From NCBI GenBank assembly GCA_001786995.1, contig MFUO01000031.1, positions 1-33,503 of the forward strand: DNA of 33,503 nt, in the 5' to 3' direction. A program made the translations under genes and the position numbers. This document shows, one piece after another, positions 16,583 to 25,779 of this stretch (positions are counted from its first letter, which is position 1; every line of letters begins with the position of its first letter). The notes below the pieces were generated by a model. It was not told where the DNA came from. It did not search any database and was given only the letters and a program-made list of their open reading frames with translations. This DNA comes from Candidatus Nomurabacteria bacterium RIFCSPLOWO2_01_FULL_33_17 (GTDB lineage Bacteria > Patescibacteriota > Minisyncoccia > Phycocordibacterales > UBA9973).

Positions 16583-19500
16583 CTAGTTATCCACAAAAAT
16601 CTTATTAGCTATTTTACAATATTCACATTCTGTATTAGAAGTTCCATATGGTTTAAAATGACAGGGTCTTGATACCCAACTACCTATTATTAATTCATTC
16701 TCATAGTCTTTTATATCACGAATTAGTAAATCTATAACTTCACTGTCTATATGAGTTTTGTATAAATAATTTTTCTCTTTTGGATTTTCTTCAAGAAAAA
16801 GTAATCTTGACTCAGCCACAATTTTTCCACCTTCTACTCCTTGTACAAGATAAGAATACATTGCAAGTTGTCGCATATATGAGGACAATCTATTTTCTTC
16901 ATCTTTTTTTTCTATCATACCAACAGTTTTACTACTTCCTGTTTTAAAGTCGGTAATTATAATGTCACCATTGGATAATCTTTCTGTTAAATCAATTTTT
17001 CCATAGATATTTAAATTTGGAAAATTTTTATCCCTAAAAGAGATATTCCTTTCAGATTCATGATCTTTAGCTAATTTTTCATAATAATTTATCAGCCAAT
17101 TTTTAATTGAATCATATGCATCTTTTGTTAACTTTTTTAATTCTATAATATCATCTATCCCCTCTTTTTTAAGTTCAAAAACTATTTTAACTTTAATAGC
17201 TTCATCACTTGGTTTTGAATTTTCTTTTAAAATAAACTCAATAACACTATGCACAGCCGAGCCCAAAACCAGACTTTTTGATTTAACCTCTGGCAATTTT
17301 AAAAAATTTCTAAAATACCAACGCCATGAACATATAAAAAAATTATTAAGCATCGAGACTGTTATGTTTGTCTCTGTGTATTTTTGTTTTACAAAATCCA
17401 TAACACTCTTTAAAGTATCATTTTCAATGTCTAAACTTGATTTTAATGCAAAATGTTTTATATCCTTTTTAATTATTTCATCTTCTGTTTGTATATTATT
17501 TTTTATAATAAAATGATCTTTATTTAAATCTTCAATTATATGAGCCAATGTTAAATCTTTACCTTCAAAATCTGATTTAGAATAAGAAATAGATAAAATA
17601 TCTTTTGCTCTTGTAATAGCAACATATAGTTCTCTTTTTGCACTCTCAATATCTTTTTTGTCTAAAAGATCTTTAACCTTCTCGGGTAATGTAAAAGCAT
17701 TTCTTTTACTACTCATTAAAATCTCTTCATTCATATGAGCTATAAATACATACTTATACTCAAGACCTTTTGATTTATGTAATGTCATTACATGAACACC
17801 ATTATTTAAACCAATAGATGCAATATTTATATGTGTATTATATTCTCTTAAGCGAGAAAAATACTGTAAAAAATCATTAAGTTTTGCTTTAGTATGCCCG
17901 TCTGCAGAAGCTATGCGACTAGCATTGCGGGTGGGGTTTTCTTCATATGAAATTGCAAGATGAATCAAACTTCGTACTATTTCTACATTTTTCAAAAGCT
18001 CTTCATGATTTTGACTTTTCTCTATTAAAAGTTCATTACCAACAATGCTAACAATCTTAGATATTCTTTCCCCATTTGTACTATTTATCCAGTTATTAAG
18101 CTGACCCCTCCAAATCGATACTGGATTCGTATCAGAAAATAAAGTCTTATCAGTATTTTCTGTAAAATCCCAAAAGTCTTTACGATTTAGAGTATAACCA
18201 TTTTGGCTAGAAAAACTTTTAATAAATTTATGCGCAAGAAATGTATCAATACCGCTCGTCTGATCTAAGATAGATTCACAAAGTAATACATTATCATTTG
18301 GATTATTTATTATTTGTAACACTCTTATTAGACTATCAACTTCATTTATATCAAAAATTGAAACATTTTTCTCAGAAACTATGGGTATACCCATATCCGA
18401 AAGTATATTACAAGCCTGCCTTACATTCTTATTCTTTGGAAGCAATATTGCAAATTGATTTAGATTTTCTCCCTTTTCAACCATTTCTTTAATCATTAAT
18501 CCGATATGTAAAATCTCATCGCGCGGAAAATTATATTGATATAAGTTTATCTTTACATTTTCTTTTTTATTACTTTTTAATTTTTCTTTTGTAATTGAAC
18601 TTATTAATAATTCATCCGCTAAACCTAAGATATTTTCAGTTGAGCGATAATTTTCAACCAAAATTATTAATTTTGCTTTACCAAAATAATGCGAAAATTC
18701 TTCAAAATAACTAATATTGGCCCCAGAAAATCCATATATAAGCTGACGGTCATCCCCAACTACAAATATATTTGGCATTTCAACATCTCCCCACACGGCT
18801 TTCAAAAAATTGTTTTGAACAAATGACGAATCTTGATGTTCATCTATAAGTATATATTGATATTCTTCTTTTATATCCGAGCGCGCATCGTCGGAATCTT
18901 CGACAATTTTTACAGCATATTCAAGCACATCGTCATAATCCATCATTCCTCTTTCTTTTTTCAAATTTTCATAAACTTCATAAAATTTTACCACTTCTAT
19001 TGTTCGTTCTAATGACTCTATTTTTTTAATAATATCTTTTTTAAATTCTCCTTTTGACTCTCCACGCGAAGAAATACTTTCTGGGTCTTTTTGCAAACTT
19101 TCAATATCTATCTTTATTAAATCCAAAAATTTTTCTGGCTCCAACCTTTCTTTTTTTAAAAGTGAAATCAAACCTTTTAAATCATTAAAATATTGAGACG
19201 GATTTGTGCGAGTCTTTATGTATTCCCAATCATTTGTATGCAATATCTCATCAATTAAAAATACAGATTCACTATCATCCATCAATTTTGGCGGATATGA
19301 AAAATCTAATACTTCATAATATTTACCCACTATACTAGAAGCAAAAGAATGGAATGTATTTATCGTTACACCGCGAGATAGAGATCCAATATATTTCTCT
19401 AATCGATCTTTCATTGCACCCACTCCAGAACGAGTAAAAGTAAGACAAAGTATACTATTTGCTCCAGTATCTGTATTTTGAAGTATATTTGCAATTCTTA

Positions 19501-19627
19501 ATGCTAAAATCTGAGTCTTGCCTGTACCAGGCCCCGCAACAACCATTACTGGCCCATCTATGGTGTCTACAGCCTCTTTTTGAGCAATATTTAACTTATT
19601 ATAAGCTTGTTTAAAATCTTCATCCAT
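16583..19627 (-). CDS. UvrD/PcrA-family SF1 helicase fused to a C-terminal PD-(D/E)XK nuclease
   Basis: AGPGTGKT, LTFT, TFHSF, ILIDEHQD, VGDDRQLIYGF, NYRS, MTLHKSKGLE, LYVAITRAK; C-terminal GKIDL..ITDFKTG..QLAMY with 1+3 Cys. Confidence 0.92.
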   Translation of the reverse strand: MDEDFKQAYNKLNIAQKEAVDTIDGPVMVVAGPGTGKTQILALRIANILQNTDTGANSILCLTFTRSGVGAMKDRLEKYIGSLSRGVTINTFHSFASSIVGKYYEVLDFSYPPKLMDDSESVFLIDEILHTNDWEYIKTRTNPSQYFNDLKGLISLLKKERLEPEKFLDLIKIDIESLQKDPESISSRGESKGEFKKDIIKKIESLERTIEVVKFYEVYENLKKERGMMDYDDVLEYAVKIVEDSDDARSDIKEEYQYILIDEHQDSSFVQNNFLKAVWGDVEMPNIFVVGDDRQLIYGFSGANISYFEEFSHYFGKAKLIILVENYRSTENILGLADELLISSITKEKLKSNKKENVKINLYQYNFPRDEILHIGLMIKEMVEKGENLNQFAILLPKNKNVRQACNILSDMGIPIVSEKNVSIFDINEVDSLIRVLQIINNPNDNVLLCESILDQTSGIDTFLAHKFIKSFSSQNGYTLNRKDFWDFTENTDKTLFSDTNPVSIWRGQLNNWINSTNGERISKIVSIVGNELLIEKSQNHEELLKNVEIVRSLIHLAISYEENPTRNASRIASADGHTKAKLNDFLQYFSRLREYNTHINIASIGLNNGVHVMTLHKSKGLEYKYVFIAHMNEEILMSSKRNAFTLPEKVKDLLDKKDIESAKRELYVAITRAKDILSISYSKSDFEGKDLTLAHIIEDLNKDHFIIKNNIQTEDEIIKKDIKHFALKSSLDIENDTLKSVMDFVKQKYTETNITVSMLNNFFICSWRWYFRNFLKLPEVKSKSLVLGSAVHSVIEFILKENSKPSDEAIKVKIVFELKKEGIDDIIELKKLTKDAYDSIKNWLINYYEKLAKDHESERNISFRDKNFPNLNIYGKIDLTERLSNGDIIITDFKTGSSKTVGMIEKKDEENRLSSYMRQLAMYSYLVQGVEGGKIVAESRLLFLEENPKEKNYLYKTHIDSEVIDLLIRDIKDYENELIIGSWVSRPCHFKPYGTSNTECEYCKIANKIFVDN
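16587..16595 (+). promoter_or_regulatory. Perfect DnaA box, isolated
   Basis: TTATCCACA overlapping the last codons of the helicase; function unproven. Confidence 0.35.
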
Positions 19628-19634
19628 TTCTCTA

Positions 19635-20258
19635 TTATAGCAGAAATAAATGTATTAAAATAAACACTCCAGAAAATGTAATAATAACCCCAGAAATATG
19701 ATTTATAAGCTTGATGTGAAATTTATTAAAACTAGACCGGATTTTTGAGACAAAAAAAGCAAGTATTGTCCACATAGTTAAAGCACTTAATAAAAGTCCA
19801 AAAACAAAAGATACTGGAAATTCAGAAAAACCATTAAACACTGATAACGACCCCAAAATAGCTGTAAATGTAATTATTTGAAATGGATTAAGCATAGTAA
19901 CAATAAATGCTGAAAAAAATTGACCAAAATAATTTTCTACTTCTAAATCATTTCTTTTATGTTTTGTATATAATTTTTCTGAGAAAAAAGTTGCTATACC
20001 TAAGATAATTAATGAAGTCCCACCTATAATATGTATTGGTATGGTATAGTTTATAAAAAATTCGGATGAAGAATTAAGACTAAAGATTATAATAATACTA
20101 TAAATAAAATCAGATGTGATTACCCCAACTCCAGTAATAAAACCAGACATAAATCCATCATTAATTGTTCTTTTAATACTTAAAAAACCAACAGGACCAG
20201 TTGGTAAAGATATTAACATTCCCATAAACAGACCTTTTAAAAATGAAATCAAAAACAT
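19635..20258 (-). CDS. LysE/RhtB family transporter
   Basis: ISLPTGPVG, G...G.GVITSD, TMLNP; about six TM helices. Confidence 0.88.
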   Translation of the reverse strand: MFLISFLKGLFMGMLISLPTGPVGFLSIKRTINDGFMSGFITGVGVITSDFIYSIIIIFSLNSSSEFFINYTIPIHIIGGTSLIILGIATFFSEKLYTKHKRNDLEVENYFGQFFSAFIVTMLNPFQIITFTAILGSLSVFNGFSEFPVSFVFGLLLSALTMWTILAFFVSKIRSSFNKFHIKLINHISGVIITFSGVFILIHLFLL

Positions 20259-20447
20259 AAACAGAGTATAACATAGTAAAAAAATATTTCACCTATTAAT
20301 ATCTTTCCTATATAATTTTTATGTGTTAAAAATAAAGAAATAATAAATAAATCTTGTTATATAAAGAAATATATACTATACTAACTTACGAAGTGCTCAT
20401 TCGAAGCACTGTTATTTTGTTTTTAATTAAATAACAGTTTTCAAAAG

Positions 20448-20479
20448 GCAAATCCCGTCTCGCAAGAGACGGGATTTGC
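20448..20479. other. Perfect 14-bp hairpin with a GCAA tetraloop (terminator or part of a small RNA)
   Basis: GCAAATCCCGTCTC-GCAA-GAGACGGGATTTGC. Confidence 0.7.
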
Positions 20480-20535
20480 TGTATACGCTTAAAAATGTTA
20501 GAAATAAAGGAGTTTATAATAATATTTATAAATTT

Positions 20536-20620
20536 GGAGGTGTCGGATAGCGGTTTATTCCACTACCTTGGAAAGGTAGCATATCGAAAGGTATCGAGAG
20601 TTCGAATCTCTCCACCTCCG
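20536..20620 (+). tRNA. tRNA-Ser (GGA), CCA not encoded
   Basis: Acceptor stem GGAGGTG/CACCTCC with discriminator G; anticodon arm CTACC-TTGGAAA-GGTAG; long variable arm; T arm GAGAG-TTCGAAT-CTCTC. Confidence 0.95.
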
Positions 20621-20773
20621 CGAGGAACTTCGTGACGAGCAGAGGTGAGAAAGACATCTACATGTCTTTCATGGGAGATTCGAAAAGTTTTTCGATGTGT
20701 ATGAGAAATTTTATTTCGAATACACCGAAAAGGTGTACTGCTCCTGTAAGGAGAGAATCCCCCCACCTCCTCC
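20621..20773 (+). other. Structured tRNA trailer ending in a duplicated tRNA 3' end (att-like)
   Basis: GAATCCCCCCACCTCC (20755-20770) versus tRNA GAATCTCTCCACCTCC (20604-20619), 14/16 identical; internal antisense pieces and hairpins. Confidence 0.7.
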
Positions 20774-20880
20774 AAAATTCGTTTACAAATAAAACTAGAA
20801 TCCTAGTTTTCAACGGAAAATAAGTACAAAACTCGTAAATTTTAAATAATATAAAGAAAAGTATTATTCCATAAAAATAT

Positions 20881-21762
20881 TTACGATTTTTTATTAGTAC
20901 TTAAAAATGAAATTTCATTTTTAAGTACTTTAACCAAATAAGGATCTGTAAGCTCCTCAATTGAAATGATATCTAAAGAACCTGTTACTTTTTTGGAATC
21001 ATCTAGTTTTTTATATAACTCCCAACATAATTTGGGAAGTTCTCCTTCTTTATACTCTATTAATTTGTTTTTTATATAACTCGCAATTTTTTTTAAATCT
21101 CTGAATATTTGTGTTGGTTGTCCATGAGTAACAATAACTAATTCCGTATTTTTCCCTAATTTATTAACTTTTTCACTAGTTTTAATTACCAGAGAGTACA
21201 ATCTTAATAAAACATCTCTATATGATTCACCATATTTTGTAAAAAATTGATTCAAATCAGGATACTTGTATTGACCATTTGCAAGTAATACAGGATCACC
21301 ATATCTATAATCATAATTATCATTTTTTTCTCCATAATCTGAAGCGTGGGTTTCCTTAAGAAAAATTTTATCTGCAATATACAAACCTTCATATTGTTCG
21401 CCTTTAACATAATCTGTTGGTAAAACAAATTTACCCTGATCAATTTCTCTCAGGTCATTTTCTTGAACTGATAAACATCTTAAAGTCGAATCTTTTTTTA
21501 GAAGTGCATCAATTACCATTTGTGTACTTTGTTTTGCTCTAATTCTAGGAGATGTGACAAATAAAACAGCTTTTTTATTGTACTCTTTTAGTTCTTTGTA
21601 TAACTGACCTGCAATCTCCTCAGCCCTATCTTCCTGTCCGTGAATTAAAACACCATCCCTTCCATATTTCTCAAGATCGTCAACTTCATCTAAATGTCTT
21701 ATGACACTAACCTTTTTCTCTTTTCCTAAATTATTAAAATTTTCAATATGTTCCATAACCAC
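20881..21762 (-). CDS. Histidine phosphatase family protein (start may be ATG 21756)
   Basis: VIRH, TSPRIRAKQS, LREIDQG, GES, IVTHG. Confidence 0.85.
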   Translation of the reverse strand: MVMEHIENFNNLGKEKKVSVIRHLDEVDDLEKYGRDGVLIHGQEDRAEEIAGQLYKELKEYNKKAVLFVTSPRIRAKQSTQMVIDALLKKDSTLRCLSVQENDLREIDQGKFVLPTDYVKGEQYEGLYIADKIFLKETHASDYGEKNDNYDYRYGDPVLLANGQYKYPDLNQFFTKYGESYRDVLLRLYSLVIKTSEKVNKLGKNTELVIVTHGQPTQIFRDLKKIASYIKNKLIEYKEGELPKLCWELYKKLDDSKKVTGSLDIISIEELTDPYLVKVLKNEISFLSTNKKS

Positions 21763-21889
21763 GATATTATAAAGAAAAAATCATGTTTTTGCAATTAAAA
21801 TTAATGGAAAATATAATTTAATTCCAGTTTGGCATTGTGTAAAACATTAGTGATATATTATAAATATATGTTATAATATAATCATAAAA

Positions 21890-22831
21890 ATGAATAATCA
21901 ATTTAAAAAAAATTCTATAATCACCAGAAGCTACAATGATATTGTATTTGAGGCTGACAAGGTTATTAAGGGAGTTACACGGGATAGATATTTAAAGGAA
22001 ATAAAATGGTTTTTAGAAGCAGAAAAAATAATACCAAACAATACTCCATTAATTTTTACTTCAATTAAAAAACCAATTATCCGTAAAAACAATAAAAACC
22101 TTATATATTACGAAATGCAAGCAATTGATGGTAATAATTTATATCAATGGTCAATGGATAATAGAGATGAAGCAGAAAAAATTTTCGATCAGGTAATATC
22201 TTTAATTATGTTAATGCACCAAGAATCTAAAATGGCAAATGATGATGATATTATAATGATGTATTACTCAAAACCTAAAAAGGCAATTGAAAATTTTATT
22301 AAGGAAAAAATGCTTGACCCAGATGCATTAAGAATAAATGGGTTTCTCGTTCAGAATCCTGTTGTAACACTTGACAAAGTCTTTAAAGAATTTCGTGAGA
22401 GATTATTTAACACAAAATATTCTTTTATTCACGGAGACTTAACCATGAGCAACATTGTGATAGATCAAAACAGAAAAGTATATCTAATTGATCCGCGAGG
22501 CGCTTTTGGAAAGACAAAGATGTATGGTGATGTGCGGTATGATGTTGCAAAGTTGTTTTATAGTATAGTTGGAAATTTTGATTCTTTAAATAGTGGTCAA
22601 TTTAAGTATGAATATAATCTTGAAACAAATGATCATATTTTCTCAATTGTTGATAATGGATTTAGTTCTTATTCTGACAAGATACTTAGTTTATTTAAAG
22701 AAGATTTAGAGATTATTAAATTTATCCATACTACTATTTGGTTGAGTTTAATACCACATACATCAAATGACAAAAAACAACAGCTTTGCACTTTTTGTAA
22801 CGGGGTTTTATTATTAGATTTATTTAAATAA
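21890..22831 (+). CDS. APH/choline-kinase-like small-molecule kinase
   Basis: YYEM, FIHGDLTMSNI, LIDPRG, YGDVRYDVAKL. Confidence 0.85.
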   Translation: MNNQFKKNSIITRSYNDIVFEADKVIKGVTRDRYLKEIKWFLEAEKIIPNNTPLIFTSIKKPIIRKNNKNLIYYEMQAIDGNNLYQWSMDNRDEAEKIFDQVISLIMLMHQESKMANDDDIIMMYYSKPKKAIENFIKEKMLDPDALRINGFLVQNPVVTLDKVFKEFRERLFNTKYSFIHGDLTMSNIVIDQNRKVYLIDPRGAFGKTKMYGDVRYDVAKLFYSIVGNFDSLNSGQFKYEYNLETNDHIFSIVDNGFSSYSDKILSLFKEDLEIIKFIHTTIWLSLIPHTSNDKKQQLCTFCNGVLLLDLFK

Positions 22832-22833
22832 TT

Positions 22834-23544
22834 ATGCAAATACACACAAAAAAAACGAAATTATTTCTAGACTCAGTAATATATGATGAGATAAAGAAAT
22901 ACTCATGGATTATTTCCGGGGTAACTACCACTCCAACTTTTTTTAATCGCGATAAGGTTAATTTTGATGAATTTGCTACACAACTTAGATCTGATTATCC
23001 TGATTTAGAGTTACACGTCGAAGCCTTAGGTAATAATTCAATGGAGACAGAAAAAGAATTAAAGACCATTTTAAACAAACCTTGGTTTAGCATAAACAAA
23101 GTAGTTATAAAAATACCCGTTAGCTTTGATAATCTAAAAATTGTTTCAAAATACTCAAAAAATGGTGTTAAATTCAACACGCATTTAGTCTTTACTCCTT
23201 GTCAGGCATATTTGGCTGTACTTGCTGGATCTACTTATGTCTGTCCCCTTATTGGAAGATATGCAGACAATGTGTCTAAATTCTTTGGTAGAAATCTTCA
23301 TGGTGGTGAGGATGATATTACCAATAAAGTACTAGTTGATATACTTAATGTCGTTGATAACGGGCAGGACAAACGGGTTGGTGTTATGGCTTCATCAATA
23401 AGGACTGTTGGTGACTTTTGTAATGCAGTTATGGCTGGCTCTGATATAGTAACAGTCCCAACAAATGTCCTTGAGGACTCTATTAAAAATGAATACACAG
23501 ATCAAGGAATTTTAACTTTATTAGAAAGTGTAAATGTAAAATAG
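22834..23544 (+). CDS. Transaldolase / fructose-6-phosphate aldolase (TalC/FSA) family protein, variant
   Basis: LFLDS, GVTTTPT, VVIKIP (Schiff-base Lys), LVF..QA.LA, YVCPLIGR, ASSIR, VTVP. Confidence 0.88.
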   Translation: MQIHTKKTKLFLDSVIYDEIKKYSWIISGVTTTPTFFNRDKVNFDEFATQLRSDYPDLELHVEALGNNSMETEKELKTILNKPWFSINKVVIKIPVSFDNLKIVSKYSKNGVKFNTHLVFTPCQAYLAVLAGSTYVCPLIGRYADNVSKFFGRNLHGGEDDITNKVLVDILNVVDNGQDKRVGVMASSIRTVGDFCNAVMAGSDIVTVPTNVLEDSIKNEYTDQGILTLLESVNVK

Positions 23545-23545
23545 T

Positions 23546-24391
23546 ATGGACAAAATAGTTCTAAGTAATAATATGTCTATCATTGAGGAAGTAATAAAAA
23601 TATTGTCCAATGAGACTCGAGTGTTAAATCCGAAAGAGATTTTGTGGTTAGTGTTTGGAAGTTATGTAATAAATACAAATACAACAGAAAGTGATATAGA
23701 CATCATCGGAATACATAAAAGTTTTATAAATAAAAAGAGATATGTTTTTAATCATAAAAATATACCAATTCATTTTAATGCGATTAATATGGATGATCTT
23801 AAAGATGATGGAGAAAGTAGGTTGTATGGGGGGTATTTTACAGGTAAGATTATAAATCCTCATATTTTTTTATATGGTAATAGTAAGGAAATTAATGATT
23901 CTATTTATAATGCAGGGAAATTTATCGGCCCACTGGCTGGTTATATAAGTAAAATTTCTACAGACACTTCATTTTCACAATCACAAATAACAGCTTTTGT
24001 GTTTATTGCTTATCTTAGTACTGATCCAAGTTTTGATTCATATTTTTTAAATTATTTTATCTCACAAGAATTTGAAAAAATATGGGAATGTTTGCAAAAA
24101 AATACAGTCAAGATGCTTATTATCTCTGGAAGTATTCAGCGTGTTGATAATAAATATATTTTTACAGATAGTTTTTTTAGTTACAAGGATTTTCACTTTG
24201 AAAGAATGAAGATTTCAGCAAGACACTGGAGTTACGGTGTTATTTGTCATGACAATGATATAAAATTTCCAGATACAATGTTCACTAAGGCAAATATTAA
24301 ATTAAAAATTATTGATCCAGAGGGTAAAAAATATGCAAACATGGTGTATTTTCTTAAAGAACAGTCAGGCTTAAGTGAAATTTTTATTTAA
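23546..24391 (+). CDS. Pol-beta-like nucleotidyltransferase domain protein with an unrecognised C-terminal region
   Basis: LVFGSYV...TESDIDII. Confidence 0.7.
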   Translation: MDKIVLSNNMSIIEEVIKILSNETRVLNPKEILWLVFGSYVINTNTTESDIDIIGIHKSFINKKRYVFNHKNIPIHFNAINMDDLKDDGESRLYGGYFTGKIINPHIFLYGNSKEINDSIYNAGKFIGPLAGYISKISTDTSFSQSQITAFVFIAYLSTDPSFDSYFLNYFISQEFEKIWECLQKNTVKMLIISGSIQRVDNKYIFTDSFFSYKDFHFERMKISARHWSYGVICHDNDIKFPDTMFTKANIKLKIIDPEGKKYANMVYFLKEQSGLSEIFI

Positions 24392-24395
24392 TACA

Positions 24396-24869
24396 ATGCA
24401 AATAAATAAACTATATAGACAAGGAGTAAATGCTATTATTGTTGATAAAGATAGCAATTTTCTCTTAGTACAAAAGAATACATGGCAGGATAATATCTTA
24501 ACTATTCCTGGCGGCGGAAAAGAGAATGATGAAACACCAGAAGAGAATTTATTTAGAGAGTTAGCGGAAGAAATCGGGGCAGAAAAAAAAGATTTAATTA
24601 TTTTAGGTATAAGTTCTCACAACATAGAATATGATTATTCCATAGAGTTATCATCAAAAATCAACGGAGGGGAATACAGGGGTCAGTCATACAAACAATT
24701 TGTTGTAAGATTTATCGGAGATAAAGATAAATTAATATTTACTCCTAAAGAGTTTAGAAATCACAAGTGGGTAAAAGCTCAAGAATTGCATAAATATCTT
24801 GTTCTACCTAATCAATATAAAACTCACAAACAGGCAATCAATGAAATATTGCCGGGCATAATACAATGA
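24396..24869 (+). CDS. NUDIX hydrolase (RppH-like)
   Basis: YRQGVNAII, PGGGKENDETPEENLFRELAEEIG, YRGQ, EFRNHKWV; the ORF track extends to GTG 24375. Confidence 0.88.
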   Translation: MQINKLYRQGVNAIIVDKDSNFLLVQKNTWQDNILTIPGGGKENDETPEENLFRELAEEIGAEKKDLIILGISSHNIEYDYSIELSSKINGGEYRGQSYKQFVVRFIGDKDKLIFTPKEFRNHKWVKAQELHKYLVLPNQYKTHKQAINEILPGIIQ

Positions 24870-25759
24870 AATTAATTACAATTGGAATTCCAACAAAAGA
24901 AGGGATACATTACAAAGAACTTCTTTGTTCGTTGTGTAAATCAATACTATTTTTGTCTGATGAAAGATGGAAATTTGAAATTATTTTTTGCATCAATGGT
25001 CTTCGTACAGACGAAACTCAGTATAAAATTAAATTAATTATTAACGAATTTCCAGAACTCAATATAAGAATCATCGTGCAAGAACCAAATTGTTTAGGAA
25101 AACCACTTGCAATGAAAAGAATTTCTGATGAATCTAGTGGGGAATTCCTTCTGTTTCTTGATGATGATATAGTAATTTGTCATAACACTATTAAAGATTC
25201 CATAAATGTTTTTGAAATTCATCCTAATATAAAATTAGTCAGTGCTACCCCTAAAATTGTATACCCAACCCCAATTTCATTCTGTAGGAGAATAATTTTT
25301 GATATATTAAATGTTCAACACATTTTCGATTTATTTATTTTTCCAGATCCATTTATTATTGGGCGTTTTATGATGTTAAGAAAAATAGATATGCCAATTA
25401 TTCCTGCAGATATTATAAAAGATGATATGTATTTACAGATATTATTTTATCCCAATGTATTTAAAATTAAATCACACATTAAATACCAAGGTGTAATTTA
25501 TTTAAAGGATTATTATACAAGGCTATTTCGTTTAATCGAAGGTGAAAAACAAGATTTAAAAAATATTAATAAAGATAAACTAAGACAATATTTTGATGAC
25601 CCACTCATGAAAAGAAGACTAGATTTTAATAAAATTATTCATTTGAGGTTGTATTTTTTATTTTGTTTTATTTGTTATAGATTGATTAAGTTATTTGCTT
25701 TTTTACTACAACCACTGTTTTTCAACAAGAAACAAATAGGTTGGAAGCGTACAAATTAA
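24866..25759 (+). CDS. Glycosyltransferase family 2
   Basis: ITIGIPT, EIIFCING..D.T, GKPLAM, FLLFLDDD, KDD. Confidence 0.85.
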   Translation: MKLITIGIPTKEGIHYKELLCSLCKSILFLSDERWKFEIIFCINGLRTDETQYKIKLIINEFPELNIRIIVQEPNCLGKPLAMKRISDESSGEFLLFLDDDIVICHNTIKDSINVFEIHPNIKLVSATPKIVYPTPISFCRRIIFDILNVQHIFDLFIFPDPFIIGRFMMLRKIDMPIIPADIIKDDMYLQILFYPNVFKIKSHIKYQGVIYLKDYYTRLFRLIEGEKQDLKNINKDKLRQYFDDPLMKRRLDFNKIIHLRLYFLFCFICYRLIKLFAFLLQPLFFNKKQIGWKRTN

Positions 25760-25779
25760 TATATCCAAAATCTATGAAT

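Noticed and set aside
20563-20823. Two short ORFs (20563-20775 minus, 20632-20823 plus)
   Set aside because: They overlap the tRNA and/or its structured trailer and are not protein-like
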